This document shows, one piece after another, positions 17,391-26,493 of a stretch of DNA of 64,000 bases. Source of the DNA: Candidatus Bathyarchaeota archaeon (GTDB lineage Archaea > Thermoproteota > Bathyarchaeia > Bathyarchaeales > Bathyarchaeaceae); contig CAVYYP010000013.1 in NCBI GenBank assembly GCA_963772765.1, forward strand, positions 560,308-624,307, written 5' to 3'. The notes beneath the pieces were generated by a model. That model ran no database searches. It saw nothing but the letters and a program-made list of their open reading frames with translations, and was not told the DNA's origin. Each line of letters begins with the position of its first letter. Positions within the stretch are counted from its first letter, which is position 1. Made by a program: the position numbers and the translations under genes.

Positions 17391-18530
17391 ATGGTAGACG
17401 TTTCCAAGCTGGTAAAAAAGTCCCTTAGAAACTTGACTCCCTACTTTCATGGTGGGAACGTTTGGGAGTTTTCAGAAACCTACGGAATCACTGTCGAGGA
17501 GCTTATTGATTTTAGTATATCCACTAATCCTTTGGGTGCACCCGAATCAGCACTGGAAAGCATTCGTGGACACCTTAACTTGGTGAAACATTACCCTGAT
17601 CCAGACCCAGAATGGCTTCTTGAGGTTCTAGCAAAAGCTGCTGGAGTCTCCGCAAACAATATCATATTGGGGAACGGCTCCACCGAGTTGATTTACTTGT
17701 TTGTTGATGTTTTTCTTGAGGACGGATACGAGGCTGTTATTCCTGTTCCTTCTTTTAGCGAATACAAGGCAGCCATAGAACGATTTGAAGGCAACATGAC
17801 ATTTCTGCATTGCCGTTCTTCAAAGAGCTTTCAGCTAAACGTAGAAGAACTGGAGGGAACAGTCTCAGAGAAGACCAGAATCATTTTTCTCTGTAATCCT
17901 AACAGTCCGACTGGTGTGCTTTATAGTAAAGAGGACCTTTTGCGGATTATCAGATTCGCTGCAGAACGTGACATTCTTGTTTTTCTTGACGAGGATTACA
18001 TCGATTTTGTAGATGACAAAAAACGCTATTCAATGGCAAAATACGTTAACGAATACAACAACCTGTTTGTTCTAAGGTCACTGACAAAGTTTTATGGTTT
18101 GGCAGGTCTCAGAATCGGCTTTGGCATAGGCTCCCCCGAGCTTGTGAGCATTCTGAACGCGATAAAGATGCCGTGGAGCGTCAACAGCATAGCCATGTTT
18201 GCCACTGAAGCGGCAGTCAACGACGTTGAGTTCACAAAAAAGTCCAGGCTACTTGTCTCGAACAGCAGACGAGAAATGATAAAAGACCTTAACACTATAT
18301 CTTGGCTGAAGGTTTACCCTTCCGAAACCAACTTTTTGCTGCTTGAAATAATCAAAGGAGATTTGACTTCAACAGACATTAAAGAGGGGCTTGCAAAACA
18401 GGGTATGCTTATCAGAGACTGCAAAGACTTTGATGGACTAAACAACAAGTTCTTCAGAGTAACCGTGAGACGTCCAGAAGAGAATAGAAAACTGATTGAT
18501 AACATGAAGTTGCTGGGAAAACAAAACTAA
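17391..18530 (+). CDS. cobD: L-threonine-O-3-phosphate decarboxylase CobD (class II aminotransferase fold)
   Basis: The N-terminus YFHGGNVWEFSETYGITVEELIDFSISTNPLGAP matches the CobD hallmark (HGGN ... DFS.N.NPLG). PLP-Lys context SLTKFYGLAGLRIGF. It neighbours cobY and cobS. Confidence 0.75.
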   Translation: MVDVSKLVKKSLRNLTPYFHGGNVWEFSETYGITVEELIDFSISTNPLGAPESALESIRGHLNLVKHYPDPDPEWLLEVLAKAAGVSANNIILGNGSTELIYLFVDVFLEDGYEAVIPVPSFSEYKAAIERFEGNMTFLHCRSSKSFQLNVEELEGTVSEKTRIIFLCNPNSPTGVLYSKEDLLRIIRFAAERDILVFLDEDYIDFVDDKKRYSMAKYVNEYNNLFVLRSLTKFYGLAGLRIGFGIGSPELVSILNAIKMPWSVNSIAMFATEAAVNDVEFTKKSRLLVSNSRREMIKDLNTISWLKVYPSETNFLLLEIIKGDLTSTDIKEGLAKQGMLIRDCKDFDGLNNKFFRVTVRRPEENRKLIDNMKLLGKQN

Positions 18531-18536
18531 CCTGAA

Positions 18537-19157
18537 TTAGTTCCTGTTTTTGTTTTTTAGAACATAGTTTTTTGCTGCTTCCAAATCTTTTTTGGAGTTA
18601 ACTGTGAAAACCGCTTCAGGTCTGCTCGTGACTACAACTTCTTGTTCCTGTTCCTCTAGAATCCGTTTTCCATCCATTATGTTAACCCCAGAAACCGCGT
18701 ACATCCTTCCATTGTATTCATAGAGAGAAACAGCGGACAAGCCATACTCGAGGAAAGTTTCTTCAGGAACCATTACTGTCAAGGCAGGTTTTTCTGATTC
18801 AATATATTTTGTTATTATTTCATCCAGAAATTCTCCAGTCAAAAGGGGAATGTCCGCGGAGATAATTAGAACAGGACACGCCAAGTTAGCTGTCTTTACT
18901 GCTTGCTGAATATCTTCATGATATCCCTTGCCATCTGTTTCAATGACATTTACTGAAGCTTTTTTTGCTTCCTCGGCTGTTTTTGGACTGTTTGCCGTAA
19001 CAGCCACATACGTTTCTGCAATCTTCTTTGATGCTTTAGCTGCTTCGATGACTCTTTGTATGATTGTTTTTCCCATAAAGTCTGCCATGGGCTTTTCTGT
19101 GTCGCCTCCAAAACGTGTGCCTTTTCCGCCTGCCATAATCAATGCCACCAGCTTCAT
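18537..19157 (-). CDS. cobY: Adenosylcobinamide-phosphate guanylyltransferase CobY (NTP-transferase fold)
   Basis: 206 aa. ALIMAGGKGTRFGGDTEKPM nucleotidyltransferase motif. TAATG overlap with the cobS stop. Archaeal CobY size and context. Confidence 0.65.
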   Translation of the reverse strand: MKLVALIMAGGKGTRFGGDTEKPMADFMGKTIIQRVIEAAKASKKIAETYVAVTANSPKTAEEAKKASVNVIETDGKGYHEDIQQAVKTANLACPVLIISADIPLLTGEFLDEIITKYIESEKPALTVMVPEETFLEYGLSAVSLYEYNGRMYAVSGVNIMDGKRILEEQEQEVVVTSRPEAVFTVNSKKDLEAAKNYVLKNKNRN

Positions 19158-19993
19158 TAGACCACCAGCAAAAGCACAAGCAATGCAACCATTCTTGCTA
19201 TCTCGTTGGTTGCCCCAAACACGTCCCCGTTTACGCCACCAAAAACTTGCCTGCCCAACAGAATCATTACCCCGCCAACAAGAATTCCTGATGCCACAGG
19301 AAACACGCCAACTAAACCAAACAAGCCAACACTAACAATAAGCGAGAAAACCAGCGATATTGCGTATAGTCCGTGCTTTTTGTTGATGGATTCGATGAAG
19401 CTTCTTCCTTTTTCCCACCTGTGTTCATAGAATTTGGGCGGTGGAGAGTTGCCCTGCCAGCCTGTAGTGACCATGGCCAGTTTTGCTGTAACCTCGGCGA
19501 CTATCAGCGCTTGTATGATCACGTTCACGTTTGTCAAGAAAATAGTCAAGAAAGTAAAGAACAGAATCACAAGAGCAAAGAGTGCGCCTGTCCGGGTAAC
19601 AGTCCAATCATGAGCAATATCCACTTTCTCTTTTAGTGAAGCTTTTCTTATGCTCAAGGCATTTCCTACGTCAACCAGTCCGTCTGTGTGCTGAAGCCCA
19701 ATAATCACAAGCAGAAATGCGATAGTCATACCGCTTGCGAGGCTCTTGGCTACAAAATCAAAAAAGATGCTGTAGCCACCAGCGAATATTAGGTTGTTTA
19801 TGGCTCCGAATAGAACGAAGAGGACAACGTGTGTGAAGCGGGCGTATAGTCCGGCAAGAACCCCTATCAGTGCGCCTATTACTGGAAAAAGGTACATGTA
19901 TCTGGCTGCGATGTCTAGGAAACTTTCATCCATGTTCACAGGAATTGCTGTGAGAAATGCGATTAAGCCTCTAAAGACTCGTAGTGCATTCAC
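19157..19993 (-). CDS. cobS: Adenosylcobinamide-GDP ribazoletransferase (cobalamin synthase) CobS
   Basis: 278 aa polytopic membrane protein. FRGLIAFLTAIPV N-terminal motif and DGLxD-like HTDGLVDVGN. Confidence 0.8.
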   Translation of the reverse strand: MNALRVFRGLIAFLTAIPVNMDESFLDIAARYMYLFPVIGALIGVLAGLYARFTHVVLFVLFGAINNLIFAGGYSIFFDFVAKSLASGMTIAFLLVIIGLQHTDGLVDVGNALSIRKASLKEKVDIAHDWTVTRTGALFALVILFFTFLTIFLTNVNVIIQALIVAEVTAKLAMVTTGWQGNSPPPKFYEHRWEKGRSFIESINKKHGLYAISLVFSLIVSVGLFGLVGVFPVASGILVGGVMILLGRQVFGGVNGDVFGATNEIARMVALLVLLLVV

Positions 19994-20023
19994 TGTCTAT
20001 TTCCCTGCTGTGCTCTATTTTTG

Positions 20024-21316
20024 TTATTTTTGTGGGCGAGAAAATTCCCAGCAAACATTGTATCGCCATATGTCGCCCAGCTTGGTTAATCTTACTTCTT
20101 GATCATCAACTTCAACTAAGCCCTTCTCAACGAGGTTACGGATTGTGTCTCCGAATGCCTCTTCGGGATATTTTCCGAAACGGTCCTTAAATTCGCGCTT
20201 ATTCACTGGCAACCGAATATACAGGCGCATCATCATCTTTCCCATTTCATCATCCTTAGAATCCATCAACAACTTTGCAATAGGAAACTCTCCACGGTTA
20301 ACCGCATCAACATAAGCATCAGAAGGCTCAATGTCTACGTATGAGAACTTTCCAAGCGTGCCCATAAAGAAGCCAGCACCAGTACCCAGAACCTCCATGC
20401 ACGGCTCCTTGAAATCTTCGGGTATTCTAGAAAATCGATTATGACACGTCTTTTCGTAACCCGCCTCCTTGAACGTTCGCTCTGCCTCAAGATACATCTC
20501 AGTTTCCGTTTCCTGGTCGCCTCGGGGCGGAACGTTTCCTGTCTCTAGCTGTTTAGCTAGCTTGGTGTCTGGATAAACGTCTAGGGCGTAGCAGTCTGCG
20601 CTTTCGACGCCGAGCTCTAGGGCTCTTTGGATGTCTCTGCTCCACACTTTCAGGTTTTGTCCAGGAAGATTATACATCAAATCAATGCTTACGCGGAGTC
20701 CAAGGTCATGTGCAGCCTTGATAGTTTCTTCGGCATTTTTTGCTTTATCTATCAGATTGACCATTCTTCTGACGTCGTCGTCAAATGTCTGGATTCCCAT
20801 ATCCAGCTGGTCTACTCCATACTCTGACAGCGCCTCAAGCTTCTTAATATTGAAGTCATGAGTGCAGCCTGTTAGTTTGATTTCTTTATCTGGACTGATG
20901 TTGAAGTTTTGTTCACAAAAATCCAAGAGCTCAATTGTCTGCTGAGCGGACATGATGCTTGGAGTTCCGCCAGCCAGGTATATCTCTGAAAACTCGCTTG
21001 TCTTGACATATTTTGTTTCGGCATATTTTTTCAGAGATTTTTTGAGGGCTTCAAGATATCTTCCCATCTGATTGTTTGACATCAGTTCAGTGGGAAAATA
21101 ACAAAAATTACACTTTAAACTGCAGAAAGGTATCCATGGCTGTATTTCTTTTCTTGCTTTGCTGGTGTTTTCTGTGTTCAGCATGTCCTTGAATGCTTGG
21201 AGCGTCTCAGGGGCAACTTTAGGATAGTCACGATACGTGTATGGCGGCCAGTGCATCGTTTTTTCGTAAACCGCTGTATGCTCAGTGTATTTTGTCATTC
21301 CTTGAGTTTTCTCCAT
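20024..21316 (-). CDS. HemN-like (class C) radical SAM protein, paralog 2, in-line with cobS-cobY
   Basis: MHWPPYTYRDYPK, CSLKCNFCYF, AGGTPS. Collinear similarity to 9585-10895 throughout. The stop lies 30 nt upstream of the cobS start on the same strand. ATG 21316 preferred over the track start at 21346. Confidence 0.85.
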   Translation of the reverse strand: MEKTQGMTKYTEHTAVYEKTMHWPPYTYRDYPKVAPETLQAFKDMLNTENTSKARKEIQPWIPFCSLKCNFCYFPTELMSNNQMGRYLEALKKSLKKYAETKYVKTSEFSEIYLAGGTPSIMSAQQTIELLDFCEQNFNISPDKEIKLTGCTHDFNIKKLEALSEYGVDQLDMGIQTFDDDVRRMVNLIDKAKNAEETIKAAHDLGLRVSIDLMYNLPGQNLKVWSRDIQRALELGVESADCYALDVYPDTKLAKQLETGNVPPRGDQETETEMYLEAERTFKEAGYEKTCHNRFSRIPEDFKEPCMEVLGTGAGFFMGTLGKFSYVDIEPSDAYVDAVNRGEFPIAKLLMDSKDDEMGKMMMRLYIRLPVNKREFKDRFGKYPEEAFGDTIRNLVEKGLVEVDDQEVRLTKLGDIWRYNVCWEFSRPQK

Positions 21317-21499
21317 CTTTTTCCCGCATCTGCCCCGTACGGACAATAGCCGGAAACTTTGTGCCCTCCATGCTTTGAGAATCTTTACGATGCCTCTTGT
21401 AGAGTGCTTTCCTGTTTAATGTGTTGCAACTTTTAAAATCTTCTGCTAACAAACAAAAATGTGTGCAAGCATGTGAATTTTTCTTGGAAAGTTGTGTTG

Positions 21500-21595
21500 T
21501 GCAGAAAAATTCTGAAAAAAGATTGTTTTCAACAATATACTTCTATTGGGCTCCATAATAGGTTCCAAATAGGATGCATGAGCGTGTGAATAAAC
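21500..21595. repeat. Intergenic repeat family, copy B (longest copy)
   Basis: tgcagaaaaattctgaaaaaagattgttttcaacaatatacttctattgggctccataataggttccaaataggatgcatgagcgtgtgaataaac. It shares the hairpin module and the aatagg(N)gcatga(NN)gtgtgaata module with copies A and C. Confidence 0.65.
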
Positions 21596-21604
21596 GGTAT
21601 TATG

Positions 21605-22138
21605 TTATGCATTTTTTGTCGTTTGGGCTTTTATTTTTCTAACGAGGTCTTCTGTTTCTTTGATTATTAAGTATCCTCTGCCTGAGAAGAAGGGGTCGTA
21701 GTCGAATGTCATCTGTAAGGAAGTGTGTGTTGTTGCTGCTTAGTGTGTATCTGTCAGGGTCTTGGGGATAGTATTTCCAGATCAGCGAAATGTCTTTTCC
21801 AAGCAGGTCGTTTGGAATGGTGATGTTGTATGTGATGGTTTTTTCTGTTCATCCATGGAAGTAAACCTCTATAGCATGTTGGTTAGGGTCGGAATAATTA
21901 ATCAGAGAAACAGTTGGTGCATGCTCTTCATTCCAGTTGGTTTTCAGGGTTACAATGAATGTTTTATCTTCCTCTGAAAGAGATACGTGTACAACTCGCT
22001 GTCGGAAACGTCGCCTTTTCCAAAATCACTCAATAGAATCCCAACAACTATTACAGATGAAGTCAACACCATAAGAGTAAGACTAACACAGTTTTTTTCA
22101 TCAACATAACCATAAATTAACAGACATACAGACATCAA
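21605..22138 (-). pseudogene. Decayed gene for a small N-terminally anchored protein
   Basis: An N-terminal ORF (22135 down to about 22000) has a hydrophobic helix. The protein-like sequence VHVSLSEEDKTFIVTLKTNWNEEHAPTVSLINYSDPNQHAIEVYFHG continues in another frame. It then hits an in-frame TGA (21849-21851) and continues TEKTITYNITIPNDLLGKDISLIWKYYPQDPDRY. The frame is ambiguous in the last ~120 nt. Confidence 0.35.
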
Positions 22139-22299
22139 AAAGAGTTTTTATCAAGAACCTTGACTAAAACCTGACTTTTCGTGGTCAAGAAACATTGACT
22201 GACAACTGTGTGATTTTTAGTATGTTTTATCCGAAAGTTTATATTCATTCCAATGCAATGCCCTTTTCAGCGTGTATAGCGGACACTGGTGAAAATGTC

Positions 22300-22578
22300 A
22301 TGATTTATTTTGTGATCGGTTTTGTTGTGCTTTTTGTTTTGATGTTGGCAGTCGGCATCAATGACCCTACTGGCGGAACAAGCATGAAAGGCTGGTGCTA
22401 TCAATACTTAGTCGTAGCGTTAGTTTTTGATGCGTTTGCAGTGTTTGCTCTGTTTTATCAAAATGAACTACTTACTGAGTTGTTGCTTGGTGTTGCCGCA
22501 GGCTCTGCAACTGTCCTAGGACTTCATGTGGCACATCACATCTCTGAAGAAAATGCAGGTCACGCTCACGAACATTAA
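22300..22578 (+). CDS. Small membrane protein with His-rich C-terminus
   Basis: 92 aa from ATG 22300, three hydrophobic helices. The C-terminus reads HVAHHISEENAGHAHEH. The upstream part of the track ORF looks non-coding. Confidence 0.45.
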   Translation: MIYFVIGFVVLFVLMLAVGINDPTGGTSMKGWCYQYLVVALVFDAFAVFALFYQNELLTELLLGVAAGSATVLGLHVAHHISEENAGHAHEH

Positions 22579-22664
22579 AATGGCAACATTTAGTCATACA
22601 TGATTCCTTTTAGGAATTGATTTAAGCCCATTTCGTGATATTAGTTGTATTCTGAGGCTTTACT

Positions 22665-24095
22665 ATGAAAAATTATGATTTAATCACTATAGGCACTGGT
22701 TCTGCGATAAGTGTTGTTGAGGCAATGATTCAACAGAATCCGAAGGCTAAGATTGCTGTCATAGACAAGGACGAACCTGGAGGCATCTGCTTAACAAGAG
22801 GCTGTATCCCTTCTAAGTTGCTTCTTTATCCTGCAGATTTGGTGCGGCTCGTTGAAAAGGCAAGAACGTTTGGGATTGATTCTGAAATAGAAAAGATTGA
22901 CTTTCAGAAAGTTATGGAGCGGATGAGAAGCAGCATCTATAAGGACATAAATGATATCCGCGAAGGGCTGACTAACTCCAAGCATGTAGATTATTATCCC
23001 GAAGCCGCAGAATTTGTTGCTCCCTACACACTAAAGGTTGGCAAAGAAACAATCACAGCCAAGATGATAATTTTAGGCACAGGCTCAAAACCTGCAATAC
23101 CTCCCATAAAAGGAATAGAGGACGTAGACTACCTAACGAGCGACACAATTGTCAAAATGAACGAGCTGCCAAAAAGCATCATAATCGTTGGCGGAGGGTA
23201 CATAGCCGCAGAATACTGCCACTTCTTTTCAGCCATGGGTGCAGAAGTCACAATCGTCGGCAGAAACCCCCAGTTTATACCTGAAGAAGAACCCGAAGTC
23301 TCAGCAGTAGCCAAAAGAGAACTTGAAAAATATGTCATGATCTACACCAATCACGAGGCATATGAAGCAAAAACAACATCAACTGGACAAAAAATGCTTA
23401 TTGCAGTTGATCGTGAAACAAAAAAGAAACTGAAACTAACCGCAGACGAGATACTCATCGCAACCGGAAGAACAGCCCTCTCAGATTTGCTCCATCCAGA
23501 AAAAGCTGGAATAAAAACAGACAAACGAGGCTGGATCATCGTCGACGACTACCTACAGACGTCACAGCCAAACATTTGGGCACTTGGAGACGCCAACGGC
23601 AAATACCCCTTTAAGCATGCAGCCAACCACGAAGCAGCAGTCGTCTATCATAATGCTGTGGCAGGACACAAAGTAAAGGCAGACTATCATGCAGTGCCCC
23701 ATGCCGTATTTACATATCCAGAAATTGCAGCATTCGGTTTAGGAGAAAAAGCGGCTATAGAAAAGTTTGGCGAAGAAAATGTTCTGATTGGCTTCTACCG
23801 GTACGAAGACACAGCAAAAGGAGAAGCCATGGACGCACATGATTGCTTCGTCAAAGTAATAGTTGAACCCGGCACCATGAGAATTCTCGGAGCACACATC
23901 ATAGGACCATATGCCTCTGTCTTAATCCACGAAATCATACCACTGATGTATACCAAAGAACAAAGCGCAAGACCCATACTTGACGGAATGCATATTCATC
24001 CAGCATTAAGCGAGGTCGTTGAGAGGGCATTTCGTTCACTATTGCCCCCTGAGCACTATCATCATCTGATTGAACATCACTACAAGCTTCTGTAG
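22665..24095 (+). CDS. Class I pyridine nucleotide-disulfide oxidoreductase (dihydrolipoamide dehydrogenase/glutathione reductase-like)
   Basis: DLITIGTGSA dinucleotide fold, redox-active GGICLTRGCIPSK (CxxxxC), a second GGGYIAAE fold, and the C-terminal dimerisation motif HIHPALSEVV. Confidence 0.85.
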   Translation: MKNYDLITIGTGSAISVVEAMIQQNPKAKIAVIDKDEPGGICLTRGCIPSKLLLYPADLVRLVEKARTFGIDSEIEKIDFQKVMERMRSSIYKDINDIREGLTNSKHVDYYPEAAEFVAPYTLKVGKETITAKMIILGTGSKPAIPPIKGIEDVDYLTSDTIVKMNELPKSIIIVGGGYIAAEYCHFFSAMGAEVTIVGRNPQFIPEEEPEVSAVAKRELEKYVMIYTNHEAYEAKTTSTGQKMLIAVDRETKKKLKLTADEILIATGRTALSDLLHPEKAGIKTDKRGWIIVDDYLQTSQPNIWALGDANGKYPFKHAANHEAAVVYHNAVAGHKVKADYHAVPHAVFTYPEIAAFGLGEKAAIEKFGEENVLIGFYRYEDTAKGEAMDAHDCFVKVIVEPGTMRILGAHIIGPYASVLIHEIIPLMYTKEQSARPILDGMHIHPALSEVVERAFRSLLPPEHYHHLIEHHYKLL

Positions 24096-24137
24096 ACTAG
24101 ATGTAATGGCTCCGCAAAGGACACTGAGAAATTAGTT

Positions 24138-25628
24138 TCACTCGCTGGTCGGCTGTGGTATACTGAATTTTTTCTCCACTTGCTTTCTGTAGAGCATGTT
24201 GTAGACACAGAAGGGTATGATTCTGTTGTCTGGAGTCATGTAATGGATAACACAGTGGTGTGCCCTTTCAACATCGAATGTGTATGGGTCCATGAATGCC
24301 ATGCAGCCAATAAGTAACAATCTTCGTCGGATGTAGCCCAGCGAATCATACGACGGGTCAGTGTGAATCTGGATTAACGTTCTTACTGCATTTAAAAGTC
24401 CAGCTTCTCGTTGTACCTTTCTCCAGTCGAGTGACCGAAATGACGCAAGCAGCAGCCTCATGTATATTCCGATTTTGCTGACCTTTTTTGCTTCAATCAG
24501 CTTGTTCAATGTTCTAAGGTCGGACATGAAAGTGTCAAATTTCAGGAAACGGTTGATTGGCGTAAACTTGTCCTTTCCTTGCTTGGAGACCAGTATCCAG
24601 TTCCAGAGCCCACAGTATGGAGTAGGCGTGAATGGAGGCCATGTCTTGGATAGAAAACTGTTCATGACCTTGAGCGGCGGGACCATAACTGATACAGGGA
24701 ACAGGTCCTTTTCTGATATCATTCCTTTTGTTTGCTCTTGGATTTTTTGTGCAAGCAACGAGTTGTCGATTCTGTTTTTTCTAGAAACATACTCTGCGGT
24801 TCTTCCGGTAAAGGACATGGGCTGAAAAACTATTCCTCGTATTATGTCCACGTTTTCTGCGGCAAATCTTATCATGTCGCCTACTTCATTATCGTTAATT
24901 TCGCCCTGAAGTGTGGGCACCAAAATAATTTCGATATCCTGTTCTCGGCAGAGCTCAACCAGCCGCAGCTTGTTTGGAAGCAGTTTTGCGTTCCTAAGTT
25001 TCTGGTAAGGCGCATCAGTGAGCCCATCAAACTGCAGATACACAATGTTTAATCCTGCCTTCTTCAGGTTCTTGACAAGTTCGGGGTCATTTGACATTCT
25101 GATACCGTTTGTTGCCAGAAGAATCATGAATTTCAGTTCATGCGCCATTTTTACGATTTCAACTATGTCATCGCGGACTGTTGGCTCTCCGCCCGCAAAC
25201 ATTACGGCAAGAGGAGGCAACTCCTGTTTCTTCAGGTGCTTTAGCATATTATGAATTGTTTCCAGCGATGGCTTGTACAAGTCAGTGGGCTTTGCTGCAT
25301 TTGCGAAACATATTGGGCATCTTAGGTCGCATTCGTTGGTTACGTCGATGACTGCCATGACTGTTGTGGAAACATGGTTAGGACAGCTGTTGACTCCGCA
25401 TCCGCTTGGGCAATTGTCTTGAAAAGGCGTACAAGACGGTTTCTTGAATTCTTCTGCATTGTAATAAATGTCTGGTCTTGACCAGTAAGTGTCATTGAAT
25501 TTTCCATGTTCATCGCATTCTTTTAGGATGACTATTTTTCCGTTTTTTTCTGCGACTTGTGCTTTTATTTTCTTTAGGCAAACTGGGCAAACGCTGAAAG
25601 TTTCCCTGAGAATCTTTGGTTCCGTCAT
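24138..25628 (-). CDS. Radical SAM enzyme with N-terminal Cys4/rubredoxin-like segment; tetraether lipid synthase (Tes/GDGT-MAS, MJ0619-like) candidate
   Basis: 496 aa. CPVCLKK...CDEHG, then CTPFQDNCPSGCGVNSCPNH, then the radical-SAM motif CDLRCPIC, then GGEPT. ATGA overlap with the upstream UbiA gene. The radical SAM call is firm. The Tes assignment is from remembered family layout plus context. Confidence 0.75.
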   Translation of the reverse strand: MTEPKILRETFSVCPVCLKKIKAQVAEKNGKIVILKECDEHGKFNDTYWSRPDIYYNAEEFKKPSCTPFQDNCPSGCGVNSCPNHVSTTVMAVIDVTNECDLRCPICFANAAKPTDLYKPSLETIHNMLKHLKKQELPPLAVMFAGGEPTVRDDIVEIVKMAHELKFMILLATNGIRMSNDPELVKNLKKAGLNIVYLQFDGLTDAPYQKLRNAKLLPNKLRLVELCREQDIEIILVPTLQGEINDNEVGDMIRFAAENVDIIRGIVFQPMSFTGRTAEYVSRKNRIDNSLLAQKIQEQTKGMISEKDLFPVSVMVPPLKVMNSFLSKTWPPFTPTPYCGLWNWILVSKQGKDKFTPINRFLKFDTFMSDLRTLNKLIEAKKVSKIGIYMRLLLASFRSLDWRKVQREAGLLNAVRTLIQIHTDPSYDSLGYIRRRLLLIGCMAFMDPYTFDVERAHHCVIHYMTPDNRIIPFCVYNMLYRKQVEKKFSIPQPTSE

Positions 25629-26482
25629 GTTAAAGCCCCTAGGATTAACGCTATGGGTATGAGTATCATTGTCCTAGTTACTAATCTTTCGTGCTTTATT
25701 ACCACATTAATGTCTTGGTTTTTAAGAAGAGAAAACCCAGAAATGACAAGAATTACGTCCCAAATCAGTATCGGAATCAAATACGCATAGCCGACTGCAT
25801 TCACAAAATAGGGAATCGGAGAAGCAATCACATTGAGCAAAAAGAAGACTGCACCTATTTTTGTAGCAAATGATGGTCCACGTTTAACTGCCAATGTTGC
25901 ATAGCCAGCTTTCTGGTCTCCTTCTAAGCTTAGTACATCTCTTAGTATGTTTCCGCCAATGCTTCCCATGCTCATAAACGACAAAGAGAACGAAGTAAAT
26001 GTGATAGTTCCAAAAAGGGCTGCTTCACCATAAACAAAAGATGTTCCTATAAGAAAGCCCATCAAAAAGCTTCCAAAAAATCCAGCAGACCGTTTGATAT
26101 ACTTGGAATATGCCACCAGGAGAAGAACATCCATCAGTGCAATTCCAAAGCACAACCAGTTGATAGAAAACGAGGCTGTCAGTCCAATCAAAAACAGAAC
26201 TGCTGCCGCCACAAGTGCGTGCCACGGCTCCAAAGTTTTAGAAGGAATAGGTCTGTCCTTTTTTACGATGGCATCTGATTCTTCGTCAATGTAGTCGTTG
26301 TAGGCAAAGCCGCCAGAGCTGATGCATATTGCTGACAGAATAACTAATCCGAGCAGATAATAATCTGGTATGCCTCTCTCCAATGTGAACATGGTTAATG
26401 CAGAGAGACCGCCTGTCATGAGCCAGTATGGGGGACGAATGAGTTTGATAACGGCTTTAAGCCTATTCTTTAACGTAGGCAT
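25625..26482 (-). CDS. UbiA-family prenyltransferase (DGGGP synthase-like)
   Basis: 285 aa with 8-9 hydrophobic helices. First Asp-rich motif NDYIDEESD; a second acidic motif region lies later. Confidence 0.85.
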   Translation of the reverse strand: MPTLKNRLKAVIKLIRPPYWLMTGGLSALTMFTLERGIPDYYLLGLVILSAICISSGGFAYNDYIDEESDAIVKKDRPIPSKTLEPWHALVAAAVLFLIGLTASFSINWLCFGIALMDVLLLVAYSKYIKRSAGFFGSFLMGFLIGTSFVYGEAALFGTITFTSFSLSFMSMGSIGGNILRDVLSLEGDQKAGYATLAVKRGPSFATKIGAVFFLLNVIASPIPYFVNAVGYAYLIPILIWDVILVISGFSLLKNQDINVVIKHERLVTRTMILIPIALILGALT

Positions 26483-26493
26483 TTAAATCGAGC

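Noticed and set aside
21849-21851. In-frame TGA within a protein-like reading, considered as selenocysteine.
   Set aside because: The same gene also has frame breaks, no SECIS-like structure is evident, and the context does not resemble a redox-active Cys/Sec site. A nonsense mutation in a decaying gene is simpler.
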